Shown one piece after another: positions 13,330 to 25,010 of a DNA stretch of 64,000 nt. A model generated the notes under the pieces. That model was not told where the DNA came from and did not search any database. It saw only the letters and a list, made by a program, of their open reading frames with translations. The stretch is from Eledone cirrhosa (lineage: Eukaryota), in the NCBI GenBank assembly GCA_964016885.1, contig OZ024742.1, positions 234,546,001 through 234,610,000 of the forward strand, written 5' to 3'. The translations under genes and the position numbers were made by a program. How positions within the stretch are numbered: the stretch's first letter is position 1; the number at the start of each line of letters is the position of its first letter.

Positions 13330-13351
13330 AAAGATCTTCTGCTTTGAATAA
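13330..13351 (+). CDS. Candidate short alternative terminal exon of CDC14 (RKIFCFE*)
   Basis: Strong acceptor (long T run + ctag), phase-2 compatible with the donor at 13014. No transcript evidence. Confidence 0.35.
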
Positions 13352-15639
13352 GAACAAGTGATTATTTTATTTTATCAGTTTATAATAGCAAAAATTACTT
13401 GTTATTGTTCTGTTAATAATACTTACAATTCCTTTTGGAAGAGGATATATCTGGTTACTGATTGACTATATTATGGTGATGGTTAATTGTGGTATTTGAC
13501 ATAAGTAAATTAATATTTTTATCAATCTGATTAATAATCAACAGGAGAAATACTATAATTAGTTTGAAAGCCTGTATCATTTTATCGACCTACAATTTCA
13601 TTGCATGACTTGGCAAGGGGCAATTAATAAGGATTTCTTATATCAACAGTAAATAGTCTACAAATTTTCAGGAGTGGAGAATTGTTGATTGAATTGATTT
13701 AGTTATATAACTGGTACTTATTCTATTGGCCTTAGATTGATGAATGACAATGCTGGCTCAGAACATAGATGGACAGAAATGAATACTAAAAGGCATTTAG
13801 TCTAATACTAACCATTCCTATATTTTTATAAATAAATGATAATATTGCCACTATAAAATAACCTAACAGCCTTTCTAGTGCTAGCACCATTATGAAATGT
13901 ACTTGGTACATTCTGCCAAGGGGTTGGCATTAAGAAGGGCATCCAGCCAGAGAAATCATGCTCTTCAGTCAAGTCAATAATATAACAACCTTCCTAGTCC
14001 TGGGTCCACAATAACATGCACTCAATGCACTCTGTAAAGTGGTTGGCATTAGGAAGGGCATTCAGCTGTAAATGAACTTGGCAAAACTGGAATATATGTA
14101 AGACATGGTCTCTGACCTATGATTATGTGGTCATGGCTGTAAATCTGGGCTAATCCAAGTCTTTGGGAATAGTTTTAGACAATACAGTTGTAATGGGCCT
14201 TGTCTATAATCCAACTTGGTTAAGGCAATGGAAATGTTTCAATCTTATTAGATCTCCTCAATGAAACATATTTACATAGTAAGTTGGCTAGACTAGAATA
14301 TATGGTCAATTGTATAAAAAAAAAAGGAGAAAAAATTATGTATTAACAGAGAATTAAAGTGAAAATGTCTGAGGCAAGCACAATGCATAAAGTGTATAAA
14401 CATAGAATCATACAGTTTGAATATCGCAAGTGGGAAATAACCTCAATTAATTGAAAATATCTTTGCAATTTCAAAACCAAAACTTCCTTTTAGGGTCTTC
14501 ATGAGAAGCAAACAATTAAGTAAGACAACTCTTATAGCTTGGGATGATCCAAGTCTTTTGAAACAATTTTAGACAATGCAATGGGAATGGACTTGCCTGT
14601 ATGCCAGCTTGCTAAAAACAACAGACATGTTTTAATCATATTAGATTTTCAGTACTCTAAATTTCAATTCCTTTTTTATATGTTTATTTATATATTAGCG
14701 GGCCAGTACCATCAATAATGACAGCAACAGTGTTGAATTAATTATTGGAGTCTAGAATTGGTATGAACATATAAAACCAAGATTACTGGATATATGAACA
14801 ATCATACAAACTGGGAAATTTGTGTTTTGATAAATTAATGGTGTGCATGAAAGAAATCGTATATAGTTTATGTTGATTCCTAATATATGGTAGTGATTAA
14901 AGATAAAAATTATACTTTAATATTTATTTCTAGGATATAATGGCATAAAAGTTCAGCATGTATGTACAAGTGACATAAAGGATTACATGTATGTGTAACT
15001 TTAGGGAACCAGCTATTTACAAAGACAAATATAAGGTTAGAATCCAGGACCTTGTGATTAGAGAGAGAACTTCTTATTGTAGCAACATGCCTAATATAGG
15101 CAATGCATTGTGTGTGTGTGTGTGTGTGTGTGTTTGTGTGAGTAAATTTTAAAAAGTTACAGTAATATATATATAAAGTGGCATATTATGAGGGTTGGTT
15201 TATTTATTCAATTGGTCAAACTAATTTCTTGGTGTCAAATCTAGGATTGAAGCTGTGTTGTCTACTCCTTTAAAACCTGCCTAGCTATCCATTTGCACTG
15301 TCATACTCTGAAGTCACTGATGTTCTATTTTATCTATCTTGCTCATGTTCTTACCCATTATGCCTGTGTTTTCTTCTAGACCTTAATTCTAGTACATTCA
15401 TATGTGTGTGTTTGAGTGTGTTGCAAATATTTCCATTATTTGTTGTGTGATTAAAAAACATTTTAATCATTGTTCCACAAAAAGACTTAAAGCAATAACA
15501 TGTACATGATTTTGCATGTGTTTCTCTTTTTAAATTTCTTTAAAATCAGGCTTAATTAAATTAAATTATATCTGAATAATCCTTTGTTTTCACATTTTCA
15601 CAGAATTCTTTTCAGCATTTTATTGATATAAATATATAT

Positions 15640-16193
15640 ATATTGTTAAACTTGGGGAGGGTCATATTTGTGTAATAATATTGCCAGAATTAATAACAGA
15701 ACACACTCACTGTTTGGTTGGTTTTCGCTTCTGTGTCTTTTATATCGGTTAATTTAATTTATTCGGTCCTCAATGTTACCATTGACTGACCAACGGTCAA
15801 AAATACAGATATAATATAGACACAAACACATATATATAGTCTATCAAAGTTCTTTCGTTGCACATCTGCAACATCGTCAGTGGTGCTATTATGTTTCCTC
15901 CCGTTGTATTGTATGCCTATGCCATCTTTGAAAGATGGCGTAGATATACAATACAACGATGTTGCAGATGTGCAACGAAAGAACTTTGTTAGACTATATA
16001 TATGTGTTTGTGTCTATATTATATCTGTATTTTTGACCGTTGGTCAGTCAATGGTAACATTGAGGACCGAATAAATTAAATTAACCGATATAAAAGACAC
16101 AGAAGCGAAAACCAACCAAACAGTGAGTGTGTTCTGTTATTAATTCTGGCAATATTATTACACAAATATGACCCTCCCCAAGTATAACAATAT
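15640..16193. repeat. Fold-back inverted repeat with ~238-bp arms and an HHR-like motif, probably a PLE pseudo-LTR
   Basis: Arms 15640-15877 and 15956-16193 are near-perfect reverse complements. Inner hairpin 15902-15958. Minus strand reads acca-CTGACGA-t-gttgca(gatg)tgcaac-GAAA. Flanked by TA repeats. Confidence 0.85.
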
Positions 16194-16244
16194 TTGTTTC
16201 GACACACGATTTCATATCAAAAACCTCGCAAAACTAATATATAT

Positions 16245-16583
16245 ATCATCATTCATCATTTCATTTTACGTCCGCTTTTTCCCTGCTTGCAAGGGTGGGA
16301 CGGGAACTGATTCTGGCTTGATTTCTACAGCTGGATGCCCTTCCTAACACCAACCTCATTTACAGTGAGTACTGGGTGCTTTTTTTGCCGTGGCACCTCC
16401 ACGACCACTTTGCAGTGGAATGATAGGGACCCCAGTCCCTATCATCTCATTTCTACAGCTGAGTAAACTGGAGCAATGTGAAATAAAGTGTCTTGCTCAA
16501 GGAAACAACACATCACCCGGTCTGAGAATTGAACTCACAACCTTTCGATTGCAAGGCCAATGCTCTAACCACTAAGCCATGTG

Positions 16584-16585
<2 letters not shown>
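16245..16585 (-). mobile_element. tRNA-derived CORE-type SINE with an RTE-derived 3' tail
   Basis: Minus strand: A box tggcttagtgg, B box gagttcaattc, CORE-like ccttgagcaagacact, then an RTE-like tail ending cttgcaagcagggaaaaagcggacgtaaaatga. Near-identical copy at 37846-38163. Confidence 0.8.
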
Positions 16586-16663
<78 letters not shown>

Positions 16664-16923
16664 GTTGGTGTTAGGAAGGGCATCCAGCTGTAGAAAACCT
16701 GCCAGACAGTCCACGCTGTAATGTGGCCGTGTAGGCAACACGGTAAAAACCTCCCAGCCCCACACTGTAAATGTGGTTGGTGTTAGGAAGGGCATCCAAC
16801 TGTAGAAAACCCGCCAGACAGTCCTATGCGAGCAAGACAACCACTCTTGCCTCAAGTGGGAAAACTCCCGTCCAAACCCATGCAAGCATGGAACACGGAC
16901 GTTAAACAATGATGATGATGATG

Positions 16924-16925
<2 letters not shown>
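16664..16925 (+). mobile_element. RTE 3' UTR and tail fragment
   Basis: Matches 11983-12086 and 7730-7940. Ends in (GAT)n. Embedded between (TA)n tracts. Confidence 0.9.
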
Positions 16926-16983
<58 letters not shown>

Positions 16984-17467
16984 ACACACACACACATATA
17001 TATTAGGATGTTTCTGAGTGTGGGGAGAGAGGGAGAGAGAAGCATTATAAAACAATACCTTTATCTTATAGATAATTTTAATTACTATATATTTGGGAAC
17101 AACAAATTATAAAAGAAAATGTGATAGCTTTTACACCAGAGAACTGAACCACTCATTTTATAGTAAGTTGCTTACAAATGTATATTCATATGCAAATGTA
17201 TATATATAATGTATATATGAACATCCATTTGACTTAAGAAACATTGGGAAAATTTGGAATTTGAAATGTAGTCATCCCAATGGAAATGACTATAACAATA
17301 ATCAATTACTGTCCTTTTTTCCCTCTCCAGTGGTACTTTACTCGATTTTCTCAATTATCATTTATAGTGACTGTCTGTTGTTACATTCATTTATATTGGG
17401 ACAACTACATTTCAAATATTCATACACACATACATATATATATATTTATATATATATATATATATAA

Positions 17468-17785
17468 TCATCATCATTTAACATCATTTTCCACGTTAGC
17501 ATGGGTTAGACGGGTTGCCCCGTTGTGAGACAAGCCAGGTCCGATGATCATGACTTGCTCATACAGACAGATTTTGGCTTGGTTTCTACAGCTAGATGCC
17601 CTTCCTATTGCCAACCACATTTACAGTGTGTGCTGGGTGCTTTTTGTCATGACATTTACATGACCACTTTACTGTGTGGACCGGGCACTTTTTGTTGTGT
17701 CACTTACATAACCACTTTACAGTGTAGGCAAGGTGCTTATTGTTGTGACATCTACATGACCACTTTACAGTGTGGGCTTGGTAGT
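17468..17785 (-). mobile_element. RTE-family 3' tail with ~42-bp tandem units
   Basis: (CAT)n followed by ...ccacgttagcatgggttagacgg..., then repeated cactttacagtgt units. Similar to 55560-55840 and 21510-21685. Confidence 0.75.
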
Positions 17786-17801
17786 GTGTTGCCATCCCGA
17801 C

Positions 17802-17988
17802 TGGATTGGCAGTATCGGTAGAGGGTCGGACGCCATGCTTTGCAGCATAGAGTTGCGGCCCTTTATGATCTGAGTTCAAATCCCGCCGAGGTTGACTTTG
17901 CCTTTCATCCTTACGGGGTTCGATAAAATAAAGTACCAGTAATACACTGGGATAATTGCTGGCCTTGTGCCAACAGTAGAAACAATTA
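17802..17988 (+). mobile_element. tRNA-derived SINE, ~190-bp family
   Basis: A box tggcagtatcgg, B box gagttcaaatcc, central gcctttcatccttacggggtcgataaaataaagtaccag (resembles the Meta-type conserved SINE domain), tail agtagaaacaatta. More than 10 copies in the window. Confidence 0.85.
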
Positions 17989-18035
17989 TATATATATAAA
18001 GTAAGTATGTTTGGAACGCAGTGAGCGAAGTTTAG

Positions 18036-18288
18036 AATTGGAATAGAAATGAAAGCTTCACCATAATATTTTTTACTATAATATAGTCTAATAATGGGGC
18101 ATAAAAACCCACTGACTGGAAAAAGATGGGTATGAGCACACATGGGATACCCAGCTTTTTCTGTTCATTGGGCTTTACACCCCATTATTAGATTATATTA
18201 TAGACAAAAATATGATGGCGAAGCTTCTATTTCTATTTCAATATATATACATATATATATTGAAATAGAAATAGAAGCTTCGCCATCA
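18036..18288. repeat. Fold-back (MITE-like) hairpin with an overlapping TA-centred palindrome
   Basis: 18036-18243 is an imperfect ~200-nt hairpin (ctataatatagtctaataatgggg / ccccattattagattatattatag). 18212-18288 is a palindrome centred on TA repeats. Confidence 0.65.
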
Positions 18289-18470
18289 GGTGGATTGGCA
18301 GTATCGGTAGAGGGTCGGACGCCATGCTTTCCAGCATAGTTACGTCCCTTTACGATCTGAGTTCAAATCCCGCGGAGGTTGACTTTGCTTTTCATCCTTA
18401 CGGGGTCGATAAAATAAAGTACCAGTAATGAACTGGGTTATTGCTGACCTTGTGCCTAAAGTAGAAACAA
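18289..18470 (+). mobile_element. tRNA-derived SINE copy
   Basis: Near-identical to 17802-17988. Confidence 0.85.
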
Positions 18471-18658
18471 ATATATATATATATATATATATACCCATAC
18501 AAACATACATACATACACATATGTTTGTGAAAGAGAGAAAGAGTAATATAATTTGGTTGATTGGCCGAAGTAGAACACTGAACAAAATATATTTTCATGC
18601 CATTCAACCTTATCTCGTTTTGTTAAATATTTCTCACCAGTTAACGCTAATTATATAT

Positions 18659-18846
18659 GGTGGATTGGCAGTATCAGTATAGGGTCGGACACCATGCTTT
18701 GCAGCATAGAGTTGCGGCCCTTTATGATCTGAGTTCAAATCTCGCCGAGGTTAACTTTGCCTTTCATCCTTACAGGGTCGATGAAATAAATTACCAGTAA
18801 TGTACTGGGTATTTGCTGGCCTTGTGCCAAAAGTAGAAACAATTAT
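18659..18846 (+). mobile_element. tRNA-derived SINE copy
   Basis: Near-identical to 17802-17988. Confidence 0.85.
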
Positions 18847-18993
18847 ATATTATATTATAACTATTAGTATTACATAGAGCAGCATAATATCATATTGGAG
18901 AGTAAATTATTTCTCACTGTACAAAACCCCCAAACCATTTATAATTCTTAATTGGAACTGCTTCACTTAACTTATATTACTAATGCCATTACA

Positions 18994-19222
18994 TTAACCC
19001 TTTTGTTACAATTTTTCCAATGAAAAACATAGCCTATATGTTTCAATTGATTGTGGCCTAGTGAAATAACTAACTTTCTCATTATAAAGTTGATATTTAA
19101 AACAACTAAGCAAAAGTACTTACATAAAATTAAGATGGATGGTTTAAATTCTTATTTGAATGTTTTAAAATGGACGGTTTTGGAACCAGAAGTTTTAGGC
19201 AGGTTAGTATCAAAAGGGTTAA
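18994..19222. mobile_element. TTAA-flanked piggyBac-type MITE, family B
   Basis: TTAA-cccttttg ... caaaaggg-TTAA. Related copies at 50661-50904 and ~30940-31200, partials at ~1780-1872 and ~40875-40948. Confidence 0.7.
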
Positions 19223-19282
19223 GAAAAGTATAAGCATTGCATTTATTCAAATCTTTAAAATGTATTTATTATTATAGACTAG

Positions 19283-19503
19283 GGTGGTGGATTGGCAGTA
19301 TCGGTAGATTGTCAGACACCTTGTTTTGTGGCATAGAGTTACAGCCCTTTTCATTCTGAGTTCAAATCCCACCGAGGTTAGCTTTGCCCTTCATCCTTAC
19401 GGGATCGATAAAATAAAGTACCAGTAGTGCACTGGGGTCGATTTAATCGACTTTTCCATCCCCTCAAATTGCTGGCCTTGTGTCTAAAGTAGAAACAGTT
19501 ATT
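19283..19503 (+). mobile_element. tRNA-derived SINE, longer subfamily
   Basis: Same head and centre as 17802, plus an extra ggggtcgatttaatcgac segment. Confidence 0.8.
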
Positions 19504-19705
19504 ACAGACAATATTTACTATATCATCATGAATTTTATTCATGCTTTGTTTATCATTTGAATTTTTTAATACATAAATATCCCCTACACACACAAGCACA
19601 CATGCACATATACACATGCACATATACACATGCACACATGCATCGACTGTTTTTCTCTGTGACTTAATTATACTTTTTCTTTCAATCTTGTTTTGTTTTA
19701 TTTTA

Positions 19706-19751
<46 letters not shown>

Positions 19752-20717
19752 TCTGCCTCCCATCTCTCTTGCTTATAATAAGAATATATCTCCCTTTCTT
19801 TATATTAGAATTTTCTCAAACTTTTTAAATTTTTTAATTATAAAGAAATAAAATTTTCCAAAAATGTGGGAGGGAATTGTCTTATTTTCACATGGGAGTT
19901 TTGTCTGTACCTCACAGTGATTATGCTGCTTCTTTTAAATTAAAATTTATAAATACTGCTGATATGGAGTGGGTTTGTGAAACAAAATAGATGTGTAAAA
20001 GAAAAACTATACTCTAAACAACACTTAAAACATTTAAAATATCAAAATATTAACCTGTTGACTGCCACATATATGTTACATGGCTACAGTTGCTATGCTG
20101 TGGGGTGTTTCAGTAAAATGACTATTTTGATTGATAAACTTCACATCAATAAACTAGTAACCTCATCTAGCTTTGAAGTTATGAATTGTTGGAAACGAGT
20201 TCATAACTTTGAAGTTATGAATTGTTGGAAAGGAGTTCAAACATGTTAGGACGGGTCATCTCGTCCATGGCACTGGAATGCGTACATGTCAGGACGAGTT
20301 ATCTTGGTGCTGAAGAGGTTAAAACTTCATAAATATATTTTCCTCTCATGAGAATTTCAAAGTTGCAGCATAATGTGCTGATTAGCTGCCTTGGCTTACA
20401 AACGAGATTTGGATTTTTGCCCAATTCTCAGACATAAAATAGTGGGTTAGATTATATTTTAGTATATACAGTATATCTTAGAAATGACAATTTACAAATT
20501 AGAAAGGATTTGAGCTCAGAGAATAGAGAGAGGTTGCTAAATACTATAAATCACTGTGTCCAATTTTCAACTGTTTCTACTCTTTCTGTCACCAAATTTT
20601 ATATTATTCATATTACTGTCTATTAATTTTTATAAAGACTTCATCCTAAAACATATCTAAATAATCTATGTTCAATTTTTTATACACTTCTCTCTTTATA
20701 GTAATTTTTATTTTCAC

Positions 20718-20946
20718 TTAACCCTTTAGCATTTAAACCAGCCATATCCGGCCAGAACTCTGTCACCGCTTTCTGTTTAAATCAACTGTAACCAGCCTCT
20801 TATACTGGTGTTAAGGTATTGTTCTCAAAATAAGTAACATCAAAATCTCATAGATTCGATATTATGCGAGATAATTATGTAAGATAAAGTCTTTACCACA
20901 AAAATACAATAGTATATATAGAGTAATGTAAATGCTAAAGGGTTAA
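20718..20946. mobile_element. TTAA-flanked piggyBac-type MITE, family A
   Basis: TTAA-ccctttagcattta ... taaatgctaaaggg-TTAA. Copies at 40102-40301, 52969-53196 and 58492-58706. Confidence 0.85.
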
Positions 20947-21461
20947 AATACAACAAGTTTTATCTTGGTGGTGCTATAAATATATTTGAAATAAGTTTTC
21001 AAACTATTTTATTTTCTAAATGCTTCTCTAACCATGCAACAAAAGCGAAACAAGCATTTATATTTTGCAGGGGATTCAACTTTATTTCATGATTTCACAT
21101 AATTACAGCTTTCAAAAGTTGCATATATTTTTTTCTGCTCTCTTTTAGCCAATTTGAAGGTGCTTTTCTTTCCTTTTCTTTTTGTTTTAATCATCAGATT
21201 GTCAGTTGTAGTTCATCATTTCTTTTAGAGTTTATATAGATATATATAAAATGTGTACATTTATATACACAGATACATATATGCATTTGCACATACACAC
21301 ACACACACACTCATATATATATATATGCATGTGCATATATGTATGTGTGTGTATATATAAAGAAAAAGCAAAGTAAATTGACATTAAATGATGGTGAGAG
21401 TGAGAAAGACAGACATATATGTTTACAAATATATATGTGTATATATATACATACACACATA

Positions 21462-21512
<51 letters not shown>

Positions 21513-21686
21513 TCATCATCACCATTTTGCGTCCATTATTCCACGCTAGCATGGGTTAGGCGGGTTGTCCTGTTGTGGGCAATGCCAGGTCAGATGATCA
21601 TGTGTTGTTCATACAGAAGTGATTTTGGCTTGATTTCTACAGCTGGATGCCCTTCCTAACACCAATCTCATTTACAGTGAGTACTA

Positions 21687-21723
<37 letters not shown>

Positions 21724-21799
21724 CGAAGGAAATGTGGTAAGGAACCAGGTGGACCATGACGCACCAAAGTACTCAATACTTGAGGTAGTAGAGTGGGTA

Positions 21800-21905
21800 A
21801 TAGGAACCAGTAGGACCCCGACAGCTGAGCTCAAGCCGTTTCGACGGCTAATTCTGAATTAGCCGTCGAAACGGCTTGAGCTCAGCTGTCGGGGTCCTAC
21901 TGGTT

Positions 21906-21910
<5 letters not shown>
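21800..21910. repeat. Perfect palindrome with 55-bp arms, built from the 3' half of a hammerhead
   Basis: Centre T at 21855. Contains hairpin gacggctaattc-t-gaattagccgtc followed by GAAAC-ggcttgagctcagct-GTC-gggg. Inserted in (TA)n. Confidence 0.85.
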
Positions 21911-21960
<50 letters not shown>

Positions 21961-21963
<3 letters not shown>

Positions 21964-22850
21964 ACAAAAGTGTTGATGAGTAGAAAAGAGGACAAAACCC
22001 TGATTCCGTCAGGGAAATGGCCATGTTCGATATGCAGAAAAGGAACTGGCATAAATTCTATAAAATGCACACAATGCAGGTCCTGGGTACACAAGAGATG
22101 TAGCGGGATAGCAGGCAAACTAACAGGTAGGGAGAAATATGTATGCAGTAGATGTACAGGGAAATTAGACAGTAGAAGTCGCACTGATAGACACATTTTT
22201 CAAATGCGAGAGGGCGCTATAGAAGTGGTGGATAGCTTCCGGTACCTAGGAGATCAGATTAGCATGGGAGGAGGGTGTTCCGAGGCCATAGTATCTAGAA
22301 TAAGGACGGGTTGGAAGAAGTTTAGGGAGCGGCTTCCTCTGTTGACGAAGAAGGGTTTCTCCCTGCGTACGAAAGGCCGGTTGTATGATGCCTGTGTGAG
22401 GAGCGCGATGCTGCATGGTAGTGAGACATGGGCAGCAACCACAGAGGATATGCAACGGCTGGAGAGAAATGAGGCAAGCATGCTCCGTTGGATGTGCAGT
22501 GTAAATGTGCGTGAACGACCCAGCATAAATGTGTTGAGAGAGAAACTGTGTCTGAGAGGGATAGAATGTAGTGTACGGGAGAGGAGACTGAGGTGGTATG
22601 GACATGTGATGCACATGGAGGATGACCGATGGGTGAAGAAGTGCCAGGAAATGCCAGTTGAAGGAAGACGTGGTAGAGGTAGACCACGAAAAACATGGGC
22701 GGAGGTGGTGAGAACAGACCTCAGATCATTGAAGCTCACGGTGGAGATGACGAGGGACCGTGACGAGTGGAGAGATGCTGTGCTGAATAAGACCCGTCTC
22801 ACCCTTGCAAGCAGGGAAAAGCGGACGTAAAATGATGATGATGATGATGA
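21961..22850 (+). mobile_element. 5'-truncated RTE LINE of a distinct subfamily, open frame to the 3' end
   Basis: ORF 21970-22830 has the PHD-type finger, FRYLG, RRLRWYGHV and GRPRKTW. Very short 3' UTR, then (GAT)n. Confidence 0.93.
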
Positions 22851-23048
22851 TATATATATAATAAATTAATGGAGCCATAGACTCTCGCTATTCCCTGTCA
22901 ATAATGTGCTCAAAGGAGAAGGAATCCTGAGCTCTTTAAAATACAATATGTTGAAAAGGTGACACACTAGAGAGCGATAGTGCGCCATCAATAAAACAGG
23001 GAAAAACCACCAGTGTATGGAATCTATAACCTATGAAAGGCAGGGTAG

Positions 23049-23087
<39 letters not shown>

Positions 23088-23538
23088 CCATTTATGTTAC
23101 ATTGTTTATCAATGGGTGGAACTAGTGATTCCGGTTAGTAAATCATGATGCAATAAATTAAACCACTCGGCATTATGCAGATTATCCATCATGGATGTGG
23201 TATCCAGTGGTTGGTCAGGAATGGAGTGAAATATTCATTAACAACAACAACAAAAGGCCAGATTGGGAACTTTATAATTTTAATTACACGAAATCACTAC
23301 ACATATTTAAATGGCCCAGCTTCATCATCCGAATATGATGCAAAACCCAGGCGATTTCATCAGGTGTTAATTGCAGAATTAGTTATATAAGAGAACAGGA
23401 TTTTGGTGAACACAACAAGAGAATAGAAAATAGAGGATCGATTTTGATTATTGTAAAGGCTAGTTATTCCCGATTCAGTAATGCCTTGCTGTTTCAATAA
23501 CATGGAATCAACGGGTCATCCCTGAATCAAAAACAGTC

Positions 23539-23598
<60 letters not shown>

Positions 23599-23785
23599 GC
23601 ATATATCCCCCGATGTGTATGTATATATGGTTCTATCACATTTTTCATCATATTTCATGTGTATAAATGTATTAAAGTTTAATGTTTTTAAATATCCTGA
23701 CCACTTATATTATGTGTATATAATATATATGTGTGTGTATATATATGATGTTGGTTAGATTATCAATATTAGTATTAATGGGGCA

Positions 23786-23912
23786 CCCACTGATGAATTA
23801 TAGGAGCCCACTTGAATATATATCTATTGATGGTATACAAGCTCCTACATAAATTGGTATAATTTCACCCAAATTGTAGGAATCCTATAATGAAACGAGA
23901 CGTCCGTCTGGG
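23786..23912 (+). ncRNA. Type I hammerhead ribozyme with a 95-nt branched stem II
   Basis: ccca-CTGATGA(23790)-attatagga...tcctataat-GAAAC(23892)-gagacgtcc-GTC(23906-08)-tggg. Core is intact and all three stems pair. Confidence 0.8.
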
Positions 23913-24143
23913 AAGAGATATATTAGATATGTCTCATATGAAATAATACAGCCAATTTTCCACGCAATACTTTTAGTTAGCACCCCGAACGTATAATTGG
24001 GAATATAATCACTTATTTCCTAATGTTTGTTGAGTGAGTTGGAATTTGGCCGGAGTATCGCTAAAAAGCTTTCTCCGATATTGTATTTATTATATATATT
24101 TATATATATATATATATATATATTATAATATATATATATATTA

Positions 24144-24333
24144 TAATTGTTTCTACTTTAGGCACAAGGCCAGCAGTTACCCAGTGCATTACTGGTACTT
24201 TATTTTATCGACCCCCGTAAGGATGAAAGGCAAAGTCAACCTCGGCAGCATTTAAACTCAGATCGTAAAGGGACGTAACTATGCTGGAAAGCATGGTGTC
24301 CGACCCTCTACCGATACTGCCAATCCACCACCC
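24144..24333 (-). mobile_element. tRNA-derived SINE copy
   Basis: Reverse complement of the 17802 family. Confidence 0.85.
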
Positions 24334-24774
24334 TATATATATATTATAATATTATAATATATATAATAATATATATTTATATAATATAATAATATATAAT
24401 ATATATATTATAATAATAATAATAAGAAGAAGAAGAAGAATTCTTCCAAAAAAGACAAAATTAGGGTAAAATTGCCTATGAACGTCCCATCTCCAAATAT
24501 GAGGTTACGACCCCAAGGTTATGACCATAAGAGAAATAGAAGGAAATCCACTACCTAGTTTAATCCACCTTTTAGTAGAAACTTTTAAAAATATCTTAAT
24601 AAAAAACTTTCCTCCTCACATCGGTACCTTAGATATTAAATAAGAATACAATAAAAAATATAAGTAATAATAGGAAAATTGATAAATTTAGAACTAGTTC
24701 TAATATTGGAGATACTATGAATAACTCTGAACGAATAACTAACCTTGAATTAATGTTGATGTAAATAATAACAA

Positions 24775-24963
24775 TAATTGTTTCTACTGTTGGCACAAGG
24801 CCAGCAAATACCCAGTATATTACTGGTACTTTATTTTATTGACTCCGTAAAGATGATAAACAAAGTTAACCTCGATGGGATTTGAACTCAGACCGCAAAG
24901 GAACGTAACTCTACTAGAAAGCATGGCATCCAACCCTCTACCGATACTGCCAATTCACCGCCC
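24775..24963 (-). mobile_element. tRNA-derived SINE inserted in the PLE
   Basis: Reverse complement of the 17802 family, in an AAT-rich tract. Confidence 0.85.
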
Positions 24964-25010
24964 TAAATAATAATAATAATGAGTAAGGATAATGTTAATA
25001 TAAATAATAA

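Noticed and set aside
17615-17780. CRISPR-like periodic repeats (cactttacagtgt every ~42 bp; also 44225-44360 and 55720-55830)
   Set aside because: The whole unit is tandemly repeated, with no unique spacers. They belong to the RTE 3' UTR in a eukaryotic context with no cas genes.
17802-17890. tRNA genes (here and at 60691)
   Set aside because: A and B boxes are present but run into SINE bodies without a clean cloverleaf or terminator. They are multicopy SINE heads.
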